Shown: piece by piece, positions 19,068-27,573 of the stretch
How the letters are laid out: each line of letters starts with the position of its first letter
How positions within the stretch are numbered: the first letter of the stretch is position 1
Origin: Frankiales bacterium
Lineage (GTDB): Bacteria > Actinomycetota > Actinomycetes > Mycobacteriales > SCTD01
NCBI GenBank assembly: GCA_025464795.1
Contig: JAODNB010000316.1
Span: 1-43,769 of the forward strand
DNA length: 43,769 nt
Reading direction: 5' to 3'
Translations under genes and position numbers: made by a program
Notes under the pieces: generated by a model
The model's database searches: none
What the model was told of the DNA's origin: nothing
What the model saw: the letters and a program-made list of their open reading frames with translations, nothing else

Positions 19068-19838
19068 CTACCAGAACGCGTGGCTGACGATCTCCTGAAC
19101 TGCCGCGACGACCAGGTCCGGAGCCTCGGCGGGAAGCAGATGGCCGCCCGGCACCGTGCGCAGCTGGCTCCGCGGCAAGCGGGCGGCCAGGTCAGCCGCA
19201 GCAGCAGGGGACACGGTTCGGTCGGACCCCCCGGTGAGGACGAGCGAGGGCACCTCGACCTCACCCAGCCGCGCAGCCAGATCCGCGCTGTCCCGCACCA
19301 GATACGACTGCTCGAGCGCGAAGGACGACGCCGCGCCTTCGCGCAACCAGCGCATTCCGGCTCGACGGACCTGCCTTCGGTCTGTCGCGGGCAGGCTGCT
19401 GCCTGTAGCCGCTACGAACGATCGTGGAGACAGCACTGCCGAGCCACAGACCACGACGCCAGCCAAGCGTCGGATGCCCGGTAGGGCAAGCAATCGGTCA
19501 GTCGGATGGATGGCGAGCGGACTTCCGACGCTTCCGATCAAGCACAGGCCAGCGACCAGCTCCGGATGGTTCAGTGCGAGCTCCAGTGCCACCCCTCCGC
19601 CCCAAGAGTGGCCGACGACGACGAGCCGTTCCACATCCGACGCGCGCGCCAGAGCCGCCAGGGCACTGGCATTGCCGGCGAAGTCCTGCGCCGAGGTGCC
19701 GTCATACCCCGGCCTGTCGGGAGCGACCACACGGAGACCCTTGAGCGCCGCCACGACCGGGTCCCACTCGCTGCCCCGCCCCGGCTGCCCGTGCAACAGC
19801 GCCACCGGGCGACCGTCACCGTGCCAGGACCCGCGCAT
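19068..19838 (-). CDS. alpha/beta hydrolase
   Basis: VALLHGQPG.., nucleophile elbow VVGHSWGG. The ATG at 19838 is preferred over the long Arg/Pro-rich N-terminal extension of the 361-aa ORF. The stop lies 13 nt upstream of the mprF-like start. Confidence 0.75.
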   Translation of the reverse strand: MRGSWHGDGRPVALLHGQPGRGSEWDPVVAALKGLRVVAPDRPGYDGTSAQDFAGNASALAALARASDVERLVVVGHSWGGGVALELALNHPELVAGLCLIGSVGSPLAIHPTDRLLALPGIRRLAGVVVCGSAVLSPRSFVAATGSSLPATDRRQVRRAGMRWLREGAASSFALEQSYLVRDSADLAARLGEVEVPSLVLTGGSDRTVSPAAAADLAARLPRSQLRTVPGGHLLPAEAPDLVVAAVQEIVSHAFW

Positions 19839-19906
19839 GAGGCGAGTATGTCGGTAGGCAGTGGGGCTCCGAGCACTAGCGTGCCTGTCCGAAGCTGGAG
19901 GATCCG

Positions 19907-20977
19907 ATGGCGTCCTGGTCGCTGGGCAGCCCCTGGTTCGCCGTGCCTCCGCTCGCTGTCGCACTGGTCCTGATGCTCCGGTCGGCACCTCGTCTCGGTC
20001 GGCACCGTGGCAGAGCTCTGGCCCTCCTGGCACTGCTGGTGGCGATGGCCCAGTACGCGAACTCCTACTTCGGCTACCTGCCACAGGCCGGGGACCTCGT
20101 CGGTGCGTGGCCCTGGCCCGTCGCCACGCTGTCGGCGACGGGCCCGCACCCACGCGGAGCCGTCGTCACGCTCAGGATCAGCGGTGCACGGAGCGGCGCC
20201 CCTGCCCGCGATGCGCTGGTCTACCTGCCACCTCAGTACTTCGAGAACCCGTCACAGCGCTTTCCGGCGCTGTACCTGCTGCACGGTTCGCCGGGTGTGC
20301 CACTCGACTGGTTCCGCGGTGGCGAAGCTGCCGTCGCTGGCCTTGGCGCCGCCCGCCGGGGCTTCCCCGCCATCCTCGTCGCGCCAAGGATGTCCAAGGG
20401 CTGGCTCGATGACTCCGAGTGCGTTGACCGGCGTAGCTTGCCTGCAGAGAGCTACCTGGTTCAGGACGTGGTCCCGACCATCGACCACGTCCTCCGCACC
20501 CGTGCCGATTGGGCGTACCGGGGCCTCGCCGGCAACTCGGCCGGCGGATACTGCGCGCTCAGCATCAGCCTTCGCCACCCGATGCTGTTCTCCAAGGTCG
20601 CGGCACTGTCTCCGCTGATCAGACCGACCTACGCCTATGGGAGCCTCAAGGATCTGTTCGAGGACCCCCCGAACCTCACCTCGGCGATCAACACCCACAC
20701 TCCCGCGTGGCTTCTGAACCACGAGCCGGCGGCGCGCAGAGTGGCTCTGCGACTCGATGTCGGACGTCAGGATCCCGTCGCCGCCGGCGCCAAACAGCTC
20801 GCCCAACTGGACGCATCACTGGGAGGCCACCCGCAGGTCATCCTCCGCGCCGGCGGCCACACCTTCCGGGTCTGGCGCCCGGCTCTGCGCGACGCGGTTC
20901 TGTGGTTCGCCCAAGGCGCGTGTCCCCCACAGCCGTCTGGGCTTGCGAGCCCATATTGCGCAACACAGCACCCGTAG
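19907..20977 (+). CDS. esterase-family alpha/beta hydrolase with N-terminal TM domain
   Basis: GGAGGA Shine-Dalgarno before the ATG. ALVYLPPQYFENPSQRFPALYLLHG, nucleophile region GLAGNSAGGYCA. Paralog of 14609-15787. Confidence 0.7.
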   Translation: MASWSLGSPWFAVPPLAVALVLMLRSAPRLGRHRGRALALLALLVAMAQYANSYFGYLPQAGDLVGAWPWPVATLSATGPHPRGAVVTLRISGARSGAPARDALVYLPPQYFENPSQRFPALYLLHGSPGVPLDWFRGGEAAVAGLGAARRGFPAILVAPRMSKGWLDDSECVDRRSLPAESYLVQDVVPTIDHVLRTRADWAYRGLAGNSAGGYCALSISLRHPMLFSKVAALSPLIRPTYAYGSLKDLFEDPPNLTSAINTHTPAWLLNHEPAARRVALRLDVGRQDPVAAGAKQLAQLDASLGGHPQVILRAGGHTFRVWRPALRDAVLWFAQGACPPQPSGLASPYCATQHP

Positions 20978-20998
20978 GGAATCCCGCAGGAGGTAGCG

Positions 20999-21026
20999 AG
21001 CTGTCGGCGCGTCCGCGCCGACAGCT
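20999..21026 (+). terminator. GC-rich perfect hairpin downstream of the esterase gene (terminator-like, no U-tract)
   Basis: AGCTGTCGGCGCG-TC-CGCGCCGACAGCT: 13-nt arms that are exact reverse complements, starting 22 nt after the stop at 20977. Confidence 0.45.
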
Positions 21027-21052
21027 GGACCGGTCGGGTCGAGAATGGACGG

Positions 21053-21277
21053 ATGACTCTGCCCGCTATGAACTCCGAGACGCCAGCTCATCAGAACAAC
21101 GTCCGCCTGGTCGTCGTGTGCGACAAGCGGCAGCCTACCTACCTCAAGCGGGCCACCGACCTGGAGCACGCGCTGCAGAAGGCGGCGGCGAAGCTGGGCA
21201 TCGAGCTCGAGGACATGCCCGGCCTGCGAGGTCTCTGTGTCGAGGCCGTCAGGTCGGCGGAGATCCACCATCGCTGA
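21053..21277 (+). CDS. hypothetical small protein
   Basis: 74-codon ORF with strongly G/C-biased third positions and a non-repetitive, charged sequence. No recognisable domain. Confidence 0.45.
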   Translation: MTLPAMNSETPAHQNNVRLVVVCDKRQPTYLKRATDLEHALQKAAAKLGIELEDMPGLRGLCVEAVRSAEIHHR

Positions 21278-21617
21278 CGCATCCGACTCCCGATTGTTCT
21301 GAGAGAGCTTCGCTCCGAACCTGTAAGTGGTGCTCGCCGAGCGCAGCGAGCTCTAGCTCGGAGGCCGTCTCGACCTGAAGCAGCCGGTTGTCGGCCCCCG
21401 GAAGCACCCGAAGGATCTCATCGAGCTTTCGCTGGATCGCTGCCTGCTGACGCGCCTGGGTGTGCTGCAGGGCGAACACCATCACGAGCGTCACCGCGGC
21501 CGCCAGAGCCTCGAAGGCTGTCAGCAGAGGAGTTGCCCGGGGAGCCAGCAGCGCCGCCACCAGGAAGGCCACGCTCACCACTGCGGCGACCACACTCGCG
21601 GCGCTGCTCTGAGACAT
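21249..21617 (-). CDS. low-affinity iron permease family protein
   Basis: Two TM helices followed by ..FALQHTQARQQAAIQRKLDEILRVLPG.., which is characteristic of this family. The ATG at 21617 is preferred. Confidence 0.55.
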   Translation of the reverse strand: MSQSSAASVVAAVVSVAFLVAALLAPRATPLLTAFEALAAAVTLVMVFALQHTQARQQAAIQRKLDEILRVLPGADNRLLQVETASELELAALGEHHLQVRSEALSEQSGVGCVSDGGSPPT

Positions 21618-21814
21618 CTCGCCCAGCGCGTGCAACCCTCGGCTTGCCGCTGGGCGGTGGGCTACCTCCGGGGGGCTCACGCGATCGCTCGATCAAGGAC
21701 CATGAACCTCAGATGCCCAGGGCCGACGAGGGCAATCCATCGCCGGCCCTCACCTGTGGCAGGAGCAACGCGCTCAGGAAGTTGTGACGGAGCCGACTCC
21801 CCCCGTCGGCACGG

Positions 21815-22645
21815 ATGGTTCCGTTGTGGCGTTGTACCCATGATGAACACGATGAGCGCTTTCTCGCGTGCAGGCAGACTCGTGTGAGGCAGGACATCGA
21901 CGTCCGGCCCTCCCCGTCGTCGCGACCTCGCCCGGGCCGCCGCCGTGGACGTCGAGCCAGACGCGTCTTGCTCGTCCTCCTCACTGCGGTCGTTGTCCTT
22001 CCTCTCGTCGCCGTGGGAGTTCTCTGGCCCCTGACACCTTCGGTGGACGACGCAGAGGCCCGCATCGAAGCCCGGCTTGCCTCTCACGGTGCGAAAGACC
22101 CGCATGCGGTACCCCGCCCAGACAAGGTCGGGATCGCTGTGATCGCCACGGAGGACAGTCGGTTCTACCGCCATCATGGACTCGATGCCCTGGGCGTAGT
22201 GCGGGCGGCCATGTCTGCCATCAGCGGCAGCCACCACGACTTCGGTGGCGCCACGCTGGATCAGCAGCTCGCGAAGAACCTCTACACGAGCAACAGCCTG
22301 CCTGCCAAGGTCGAGCAGGTCGTGCTGTCGTTCAAGCTGGAAGCGCAGTACAGCAAGTCTCAGATCCTCGAGATGTACCTGTCCGAGGTCTACTTGGGGC
22401 ACGGCTTCTACGGGCTGCCAGCGGCCTCGCGCGGCTACTTCGGAGTCGCGCCTGCGGACCTCACCTGGGCGCAGGCGAGCGTGCTGGCCGGCCTGGTGCA
22501 GGCTCCCTCGGCATACGACCCCTACTCGCATCGAGATCTGGCGAAGTCGCGACAGCGGCACGTTCTCGATCGCCTGGTCGCCATCAAGACGCTGACCGCC
22601 GCGCAAGCCGACGCGGCCTATAGCGCCCCCCTGAACCTGCAGTGA
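21815..22645 (+). CDS. monofunctional peptidoglycan glycosyltransferase (GT51 transglycosylase domain only)
   Basis: TM anchor, ATEDSRFYRHHGLD, GGATLDQQLAKN, KLEAQYSKSQILEMYLSEVYLG, LAGLVQAPSAYDP. There is no transpeptidase domain. An alternative GTG start lies at 21884. Confidence 0.8.
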   Translation: MVPLWRCTHDEHDERFLACRQTRVRQDIDVRPSPSSRPRPGRRRGRRARRVLLVLLTAVVVLPLVAVGVLWPLTPSVDDAEARIEARLASHGAKDPHAVPRPDKVGIAVIATEDSRFYRHHGLDALGVVRAAMSAISGSHHDFGGATLDQQLAKNLYTSNSLPAKVEQVVLSFKLEAQYSKSQILEMYLSEVYLGHGFYGLPAASRGYFGVAPADLTWAQASVLAGLVQAPSAYDPYSHRDLAKSRQRHVLDRLVAIKTLTAAQADAAYSAPLNLQ

Positions 22646-22686
22646 CCTCGTTCAGCCAAGCAAACCCTGCCCGGGGAGGGGTGTCG

Positions 22687-23379
22687 TCACACCGGAGCGG
22701 TCGTGCTGACTCTTCCGATCGTGACGAACTCGTTGTAGCGGAACACCCTCCCCACAGGTCGAGGTAACGGGAAGGAGTAGTGCGACATCGGCTCGATCCC
22801 CACCTCGACGAAGTGCGCTTCGGCTGCGGCCGAGTCGACAAACCTCATATGGGTGTCATCGCTGGCAAACCCCCGCTCCTGAGGCGTGATCACGATGACT
22901 TTCCCCCCGGGCCGTACGAAGCCGATGTAGCGCCGTAGCAGCTCAAGGGCCGTGGCCTCGGAGACGTGCTCGAGAACGTGAGCGAGCAGCAAAGAGTCGA
23001 ACGCGGCCGGCCGAGCATGCCGGCTGATGGCGAACTCATCGGGAAGATACGCCTCGAGGCCGCGGGCCCTCGCCGCGTCGACAGACCGAGCGTTGTGATC
23101 GACGCCGACGCCGTTGCCGTCCACATGGACAAGGTTCCGCCCCAGCCCGCAGCCGATGTCGAGGACCCGGCCCGGAGCCAGGCCTCGAAGGTTCCAGCGG
23201 TAGGGACGCTGAACGTCAAGCAGGGTTTTCCAGCGCGAGCCGGACAGCGCTTCCAGCCTTTGCGTGTAGCTGTCGCTCGCAGTGGTGGCAACCGGCTCGT
23301 GTGTGGGCACATCCGAAGGAAGCAGGTGGGTTCTGCAAATGGGCTGAACGTCTGGTGCCACATTCGCAGTCATGCACAC
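22687..23379 (-). CDS. class I SAM-dependent methyltransferase
   Basis: Motif I VLDIGCGLGRN, then ..FDSLLLAHVLEHV.. and ..VRPGGKVIVITP... Confidence 0.8.
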   Translation of the reverse strand: MCMTANVAPDVQPICRTHLLPSDVPTHEPVATTASDSYTQRLEALSGSRWKTLLDVQRPYRWNLRGLAPGRVLDIGCGLGRNLVHVDGNGVGVDHNARSVDAARARGLEAYLPDEFAISRHARPAAFDSLLLAHVLEHVSEATALELLRRYIGFVRPGGKVIVITPQERGFASDDTHMRFVDSAAAEAHFVEVGIEPMSHYSFPLPRPVGRVFRYNEFVTIGRVSTTAPV

Positions 23380-23767
23380 TGTCGTTGACGGCCACGCGCC
23401 TCGACCAGGAGCGGGTCTCTAACAGCCCGGTGACCGGCTGACCCCCTCGATGCGCCTGGCGCGATGGAGCCACGGCCAATGTTCTTCACATGGGACGACT
23501 GGAGGCTTCTTCGACCACGTTCGTCCTCGCGTCCATCGATGGGCCTGGCTGCGCAGGACGAGCGGGGTATCGACGTACCACTTATCGGCCCGCAGAACTC
23601 GGGCGGTTCCCCACAGGAGACGCGGGTCGGGTCGCGCCCTTAGAGGAAGCTCCACAATCGACTGCTTGAGGTGCCGCAGAGGGCGAGCCCGATAAGGGCT
23701 GAGAAAACCGAAATGACCAGCGCAGGGAATATCGCAGCGGATCCCGGACGAGGCAACCCCTGGACCT

Positions 23768-25021
23768 TCACACCAGGACCCTCCGCGCCTCGCGACGTTC
23801 GCGCCCGCGGACACGAGCGAGCGGCAACAAGGCGAGCACCGCGAAGACGCTCCCTACGACAAAGGCCAACGAGACCTGACGCAGCACGTCACCCGGAAGC
23901 CACGCCACGCCCACACCTATGGCACAGGCAACCGTCCAGGTGCCGGCGATGGCCCGATGCCTTCGCCGTGCAAGAGCGGCTTGCCCCTCGACGTTCGCGA
24001 TCACGAACAACGCCGACCCCAGGGCCAGGAGTACGAGCGTGGTTCCGCTGATCTGGTAGTCCTGTCCGAACACCCAGCGGAGCACTGGACCGCCCGCGGC
24101 GGCCGTGACCAAGACGGCCGAGCCCCCGAGAGCAAGCACGGCGAGCTCCACCCGCCGCAGAGAGGCGGAGAATCCTTGATCGTCGCCTCGGGCCAGCGCA
24201 GCTGCCAGTCCGGGCAGCAGCACGGCTTGAACCGCAGCAAACAGGAACAGCGGGATCCGTGCCACGAGCAGCGCTGCGAAGAACCGCGCTGTTTGAGCCG
24301 AGTCGGCTGGAACCCTTCCGTAGACCAAGAGGGGGGCGCTGTTGGCGAGTGCCTGGGAGGCGAAGGCAGCAAGGACCAGCCAGCGCAGGTTCGCACCAAA
24401 CCGACGCCGGTCGGGGCTCCCCTCCCGCGCGGGCATGAGGAAGGCCAATCGCGGCGCGACGAGCAAGACGGACAGCGCAGTTGAGCCTGCGAGGGCGTAG
24501 CCGAAGGGGGCTGCGGCGTGCACGCCCCCACGGGCAAGCGCTGCAGCGGCAACGACGCGCAGCAGGCCCTCCAAGGCGAGCTGCGCCGCATAGGCGCCGT
24601 ACCTGGCCCCGCCGGCGGCAACCCCGCGAAGCACGTAAGCCATAGCTTGAGCCACAAGGTTGAGCTCGACGGCCGCGACCATGCCGAAGTCGCGCCCGAG
24701 AGCGCGGTGCAGCGGAGAGAGCGCCAGGAGCGAAGCCGCTCCCACCGCGAGGAGCATGATCATCGCTGCCCGCAGCCCGGCGTTGAGGACGGGACGAACG
24801 GGCCGCTCGTGGGCGCGCAGCTCCGCGACGCTCCGCGCCAGCTCCTGCTCGAGCGGGAGGAAGAGCCCGATGCCGACGGTCACCGTGAGGAGCCAGAGAA
24901 CCGAGAGAGCGGCAAACCGCGTGGGGTGGCAGGCCCTGGCTGCCATGCCCAAGAACAGGTAGGACGAGACGCCGAACAGGACGAGTCCGGCGCCGACGGT
25001 GGCGCCGTAGCGGATCTTCAC
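23768..25021 (-). CDS. polysaccharide biosynthesis / Wzx-like (MOP superfamily) flippase membrane protein
   Basis: About 12 TM helices over about 417 aa. The GTG start at 25021 overlaps the upstream GT2 stop (GTGA). The long Arg/Pro/Gly-rich N-terminal extension of the 560-aa ORF is rejected. Confidence 0.6.
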   Translation of the reverse strand: MKIRYGATVGAGLVLFGVSSYLFLGMAARACHPTRFAALSVLWLLTVTVGIGLFLPLEQELARSVAELRAHERPVRPVLNAGLRAAMIMLLAVGAASLLALSPLHRALGRDFGMVAAVELNLVAQAMAYVLRGVAAGGARYGAYAAQLALEGLLRVVAAAALARGGVHAAAPFGYALAGSTALSVLLVAPRLAFLMPAREGSPDRRRFGANLRWLVLAAFASQALANSAPLLVYGRVPADSAQTARFFAALLVARIPLFLFAAVQAVLLPGLAAALARGDDQGFSASLRRVELAVLALGGSAVLVTAAAGGPVLRWVFGQDYQISGTTLVLLALGSALFVIANVEGQAALARRRHRAIAGTWTVACAIGVGVAWLPGDVLRQVSLAFVVGSVFAVLALLPLARVRGRERREARRVLV

Positions 25022-26028
25022 AGGCACCGTCGGGCGAGGCGCCAGTAAGCCGGGAGGACCGCGTTCGCGAGGCCCACGGCCCTCCCCGCGGCCAGTTCCG
25101 AGTCGAGCCGTCCCGACAGCAGCGGAGCAAAGACGCGGTCCGAGACGATCCGGGCTGACTGAACACGGGCGCGTCGTCGCCGGAGGTAGCGGCGGTGGCG
25201 GAGGATCCAGCCGTAAGACCGGAGCTTGTCGGGCAGCCTGCCCTCGGCAGCCGCCGACACGATCAGACCGACTTCGGCGGCCACCAGAGCCGGGAGCAGC
25301 ACCAGGAGTGTCCGACGCTGGAAGACCGTCAGCACCACGACGAGTCGATTGCGCTCCAGGAAGTAGAGCTTCCTGGGGTTCCTCTCGAAGGCGTAGTGGT
25401 GCCACACCTGGGCCGTCGGGACGTAACGAACCCGTTTGGCCTGCTGCCACACCCGCAGGCTGAGGTCGGCGTCCTCGCAGTACATGAACAAGCTCGGTTC
25501 GAAGCCACCGAGCTCCTCCCAGAGCGCGCGAGTGATGGCGGAAGCCGCACCGCTGGCACTGACGACGTCTCGCGCGACCTCATGCTGGCTACGAGGCTGA
25601 CCGTGACCACCGGACCAGCTAGCGCCAAGGAAGTGCATAGGGTTGCCGGCCGAGTTCACCAGTTCGGGGTGGTCCGCCTGCAGGACGCACGCCGTCGTCA
25701 GGCCGACGGCGGGGGACAACGCGGCGGCCAGTTCGCTCAGCGCGTCCGGCGCCACAACAGCATCGCTGTTCACGAGCACGATCACATCGCCGGTGAGACG
25801 GCGCGCTCCCTCGTTGCAGCCCTCCGAGAACCCCAGGTTCACCCCTGGGGAGACGAGGACGATCTCCCCGCGCGAGACGATGGACGTCAGGTCCGCGCGT
25901 GTGCAGCCGTTGTCGACAACAGCAACTTGGAGGTCGACATCCACTGAGGCGAGCAGGCTGTCGACGCAGTCCGACAGATACGGCTCCTCGCCGTAGGCGA
26001 CGACCACGACGTCGATCTTGACTGTCAC
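25018..26028 (-). CDS. glycosyltransferase family 2 (WbbL/rhamnosyltransferase-like)
   Basis: N-terminus VKIDVVVVAYGEEPYL, VVDNG, NLGFSEGCN, DxD-like NSDAVV, CEDADLSLR. The GTG start at 26028 lies 2 nt downstream of the upstream gene's stop. Confidence 0.8.
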   Translation of the reverse strand: MTVKIDVVVVAYGEEPYLSDCVDSLLASVDVDLQVAVVDNGCTRADLTSIVSRGEIVLVSPGVNLGFSEGCNEGARRLTGDVIVLVNSDAVVAPDALSELAAALSPAVGLTTACVLQADHPELVNSAGNPMHFLGASWSGGHGQPRSQHEVARDVVSASGAASAITRALWEELGGFEPSLFMYCEDADLSLRVWQQAKRVRYVPTAQVWHHYAFERNPRKLYFLERNRLVVVLTVFQRRTLLVLLPALVAAEVGLIVSAAAEGRLPDKLRSYGWILRHRRYLRRRRARVQSARIVSDRVFAPLLSGRLDSELAAGRAVGLANAVLPAYWRLARRCL

Positions 26029-26030
26029 CT

Positions 26031-26387
26031 TCAGAGGGCCGGTGGTGCGCGTCGAATGTCCTGCACGTCCAGACGCAGAATCCCCAGCTCTTCCGCCAGG
26101 CAGCGGGTCTCGTCCTCGAGGCGGCTGATCTCGTAGCTGAGCTGAACGCAGACGACGAGCAGGACCAGGACCGCGCTGAAGAACAGCAGGTTGACGGGAG
26201 TCTTCACACCTACCGCTCGGGACAGCGCCGTCAGTGTCCCTGGCAGCAGGGCGAACAACGCAACGAAGCCGCTGACCACCAGCCAGAGCACTGCGTACTT
26301 CTCCCGAAGTCGTCGTCGTCGCAGAAGGTCCAGCATGACGAGCAACGTCACGGCCGCACTGACCAGGGGAAGGACGCGGTCGTTCAC
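26031..26387 (-). CDS. DUF2304 family small membrane protein
   Basis: LLRRRRLREKYAVLWL.. signature, 3-4 TM helices and a C-terminal amphipathic helix. The GTG start at 26387 overlaps the upstream GT2 stop (GTGA). Confidence 0.75.
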   Translation of the reverse strand: MNDRVLPLVSAAVTLLVMLDLLRRRRLREKYAVLWLVVSGFVALFALLPGTLTALSRAVGVKTPVNLLFFSAVLVLLVVCVQLSYEISRLEDETRCLAEELGILRLDVQDIRRAPPAL

Positions 26388-27136
26388 CTCGACACCACCT
26401 GCTCGGTGGGCAGGGGTCCGATCCCCTCGGACGGCCACTTCCTGATGAGTCCCAAGGCCAGGGCGAGCACGGCCCGACCGAGATAGACGGCTGCCTGGAA
26501 GGGGGCTGCACTGGGTCTTCCGGACGTTCGTTCCTTCATGTCTACGGGGACCTGGCTCACCGTCAGGTTCGTGCGAGCCACGATCAGGAGTGCCTCCACG
26601 GTGTCCCCCAGGTACTCCACGGGGTAGTAGCGCGCGAATAGCGTCATGGCTCGCCTGTTGCAGGCTCGGAAGCCCGACGTCGCATCAGTCAGGGTCACGC
26701 CTGTCGCCCGTGAAAGCGCCCTCGCGAGGAACACCATCGCCCACCGCCTCGGGCCCTTCACGTGATAGCTACCGACGCCGGCGAACCTCGCGCCGATCAC
26801 GACATCGCTGTCCCGGAGCCCCGCCAGAAGGCGCCGCACGTCCTCAGGGTCGTGTTGCCCATCCGCATCCACCTGCACAGCGGCGTCATACCCGTAGCGC
26901 AGGGCGTACTTGAAGCCCGCCCTCATCGCCCCGCCGACGCCGAGGTTGTACGGCAGAGTCAGCACGCGAGCACCCGCCCGCTCGGCGACACCACCCGTGT
27001 CGTCAAGGCTGCCGTCGTCCACCACGAGGACATCCGCCTCAGGCACCACCCGGCGCAGTGCGTGAACCACCAGGCCTACAGACCCTTCCTCCTGGAAGGC
27101 GGGCACGATGACGAGCGTCGACGCTCTGGTGCTCAC
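26384..27136 (-). CDS. glycosyltransferase family 2 (polyprenyl-phosphate glycosyltransferase, GtrB/DPM-like)
   Basis: LVIVPAFQEE, VVDDGSLDDT, VQVDADGQHDP. No C-terminal TM helices. Confidence 0.85.
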   Translation of the reverse strand: MSTRASTLVIVPAFQEEGSVGLVVHALRRVVPEADVLVVDDGSLDDTGGVAERAGARVLTLPYNLGVGGAMRAGFKYALRYGYDAAVQVDADGQHDPEDVRRLLAGLRDSDVVIGARFAGVGSYHVKGPRRWAMVFLARALSRATGVTLTDATSGFRACNRRAMTLFARYYPVEYLGDTVEALLIVARTNLTVSQVPVDMKERTSGRPSAAPFQAAVYLGRAVLALALGLIRKWPSEGIGPLPTEQVVSR

Positions 27137-27435
27137 GCGACTCCCCTCTGACCCGTGACTCCCTGGCGGTCGCCCGGGATGAGTCTGACTGTCCGGGTCT
27201 CACCGAGCCACAGGTCTGGTGGGCCTGGTTCTCAGCGCCGCCTCAGGATCAGGACCCGCATGACCGATCCTGGCCCCTGTGGGAGTGAAAAACCGACAGG
27301 CGCCGCGTGGAGCGAACGAGGTGTTCAGGTGGCCATCAGGATCCGGCCCGACCGGGCGCCCCTGTCTGCCTTGCCCTCGCACTAAGGTGAAGCACAAGGC
27401 AAAGGGAGCTCGCGCCCAACGCGCGAGCCCGGCGC

Positions 27436-27560
27436 CCCACGCCGAATCCTCGAGCGATCGAGGAGCCGGGGACCCGATCACTTGGGGCGAATCGCCAGAG
27501 CGTTTGGCGTAGGGCACTCGCGGCCCGAGCCCGTCAGCTGACCTGGTAGGCGTCTGAGCG
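27436..27560 (+). promoter_or_regulatory. cyclic-di-AMP riboswitch (ydaO-yuaA class)
   Basis: Near-consensus elements in order: ACGCCGAAUCC, hairpin CUCGAGCGAUCGAG, GAGCCGGGGACCC, GGGGCGAAUC, hairpin GCCAGAGCGUUUGGC, GUAGGG, CCCGAGCCCGUCAGCUGACCUGGUAGGCGU. The 5' ACGCC pairs with the 3' GGCGU to form P1. The element ends about 15 nt before the TTG start of the NlpC/P60 gene. Confidence 0.9.
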
Positions 27561-27573
27561 AGAGATGTGAGCC

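Noticed and set aside
17661-19484. 607-aa plus-strand ORF
   Set aside because: It is the antisense shadow of the MprF-like and alpha/beta hydrolase genes. The composition is low complexity and Arg/Gln/Pro-rich. The minus strand carries TM helices and DUF2156 motifs.
21677-22606. 309-aa minus-strand ORF
   Set aside because: It is the antisense shadow of the transglycosylase gene, which carries unambiguous GT51 motifs on the plus strand.
23889-25166. 425-aa minus-strand ORF and 24001-24657 in other frames of the flippase-like gene
   Set aside because: These are Arg/Pro-rich alternative frames. The 23768-25021 frame gives 12 hydrophobic helices and a coupled start.
25018-26511. 497-aa version of the second GT2 gene, and the 560-aa version of the flippase-like gene (23768-25450)
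   Set aside because: The N-terminal extensions overlap the upstream genes in other frames and are Arg/Pro/Gly-rich. The GT2 fold starts at VKIDVVVVAY, and GTGA-type coupled starts are available.
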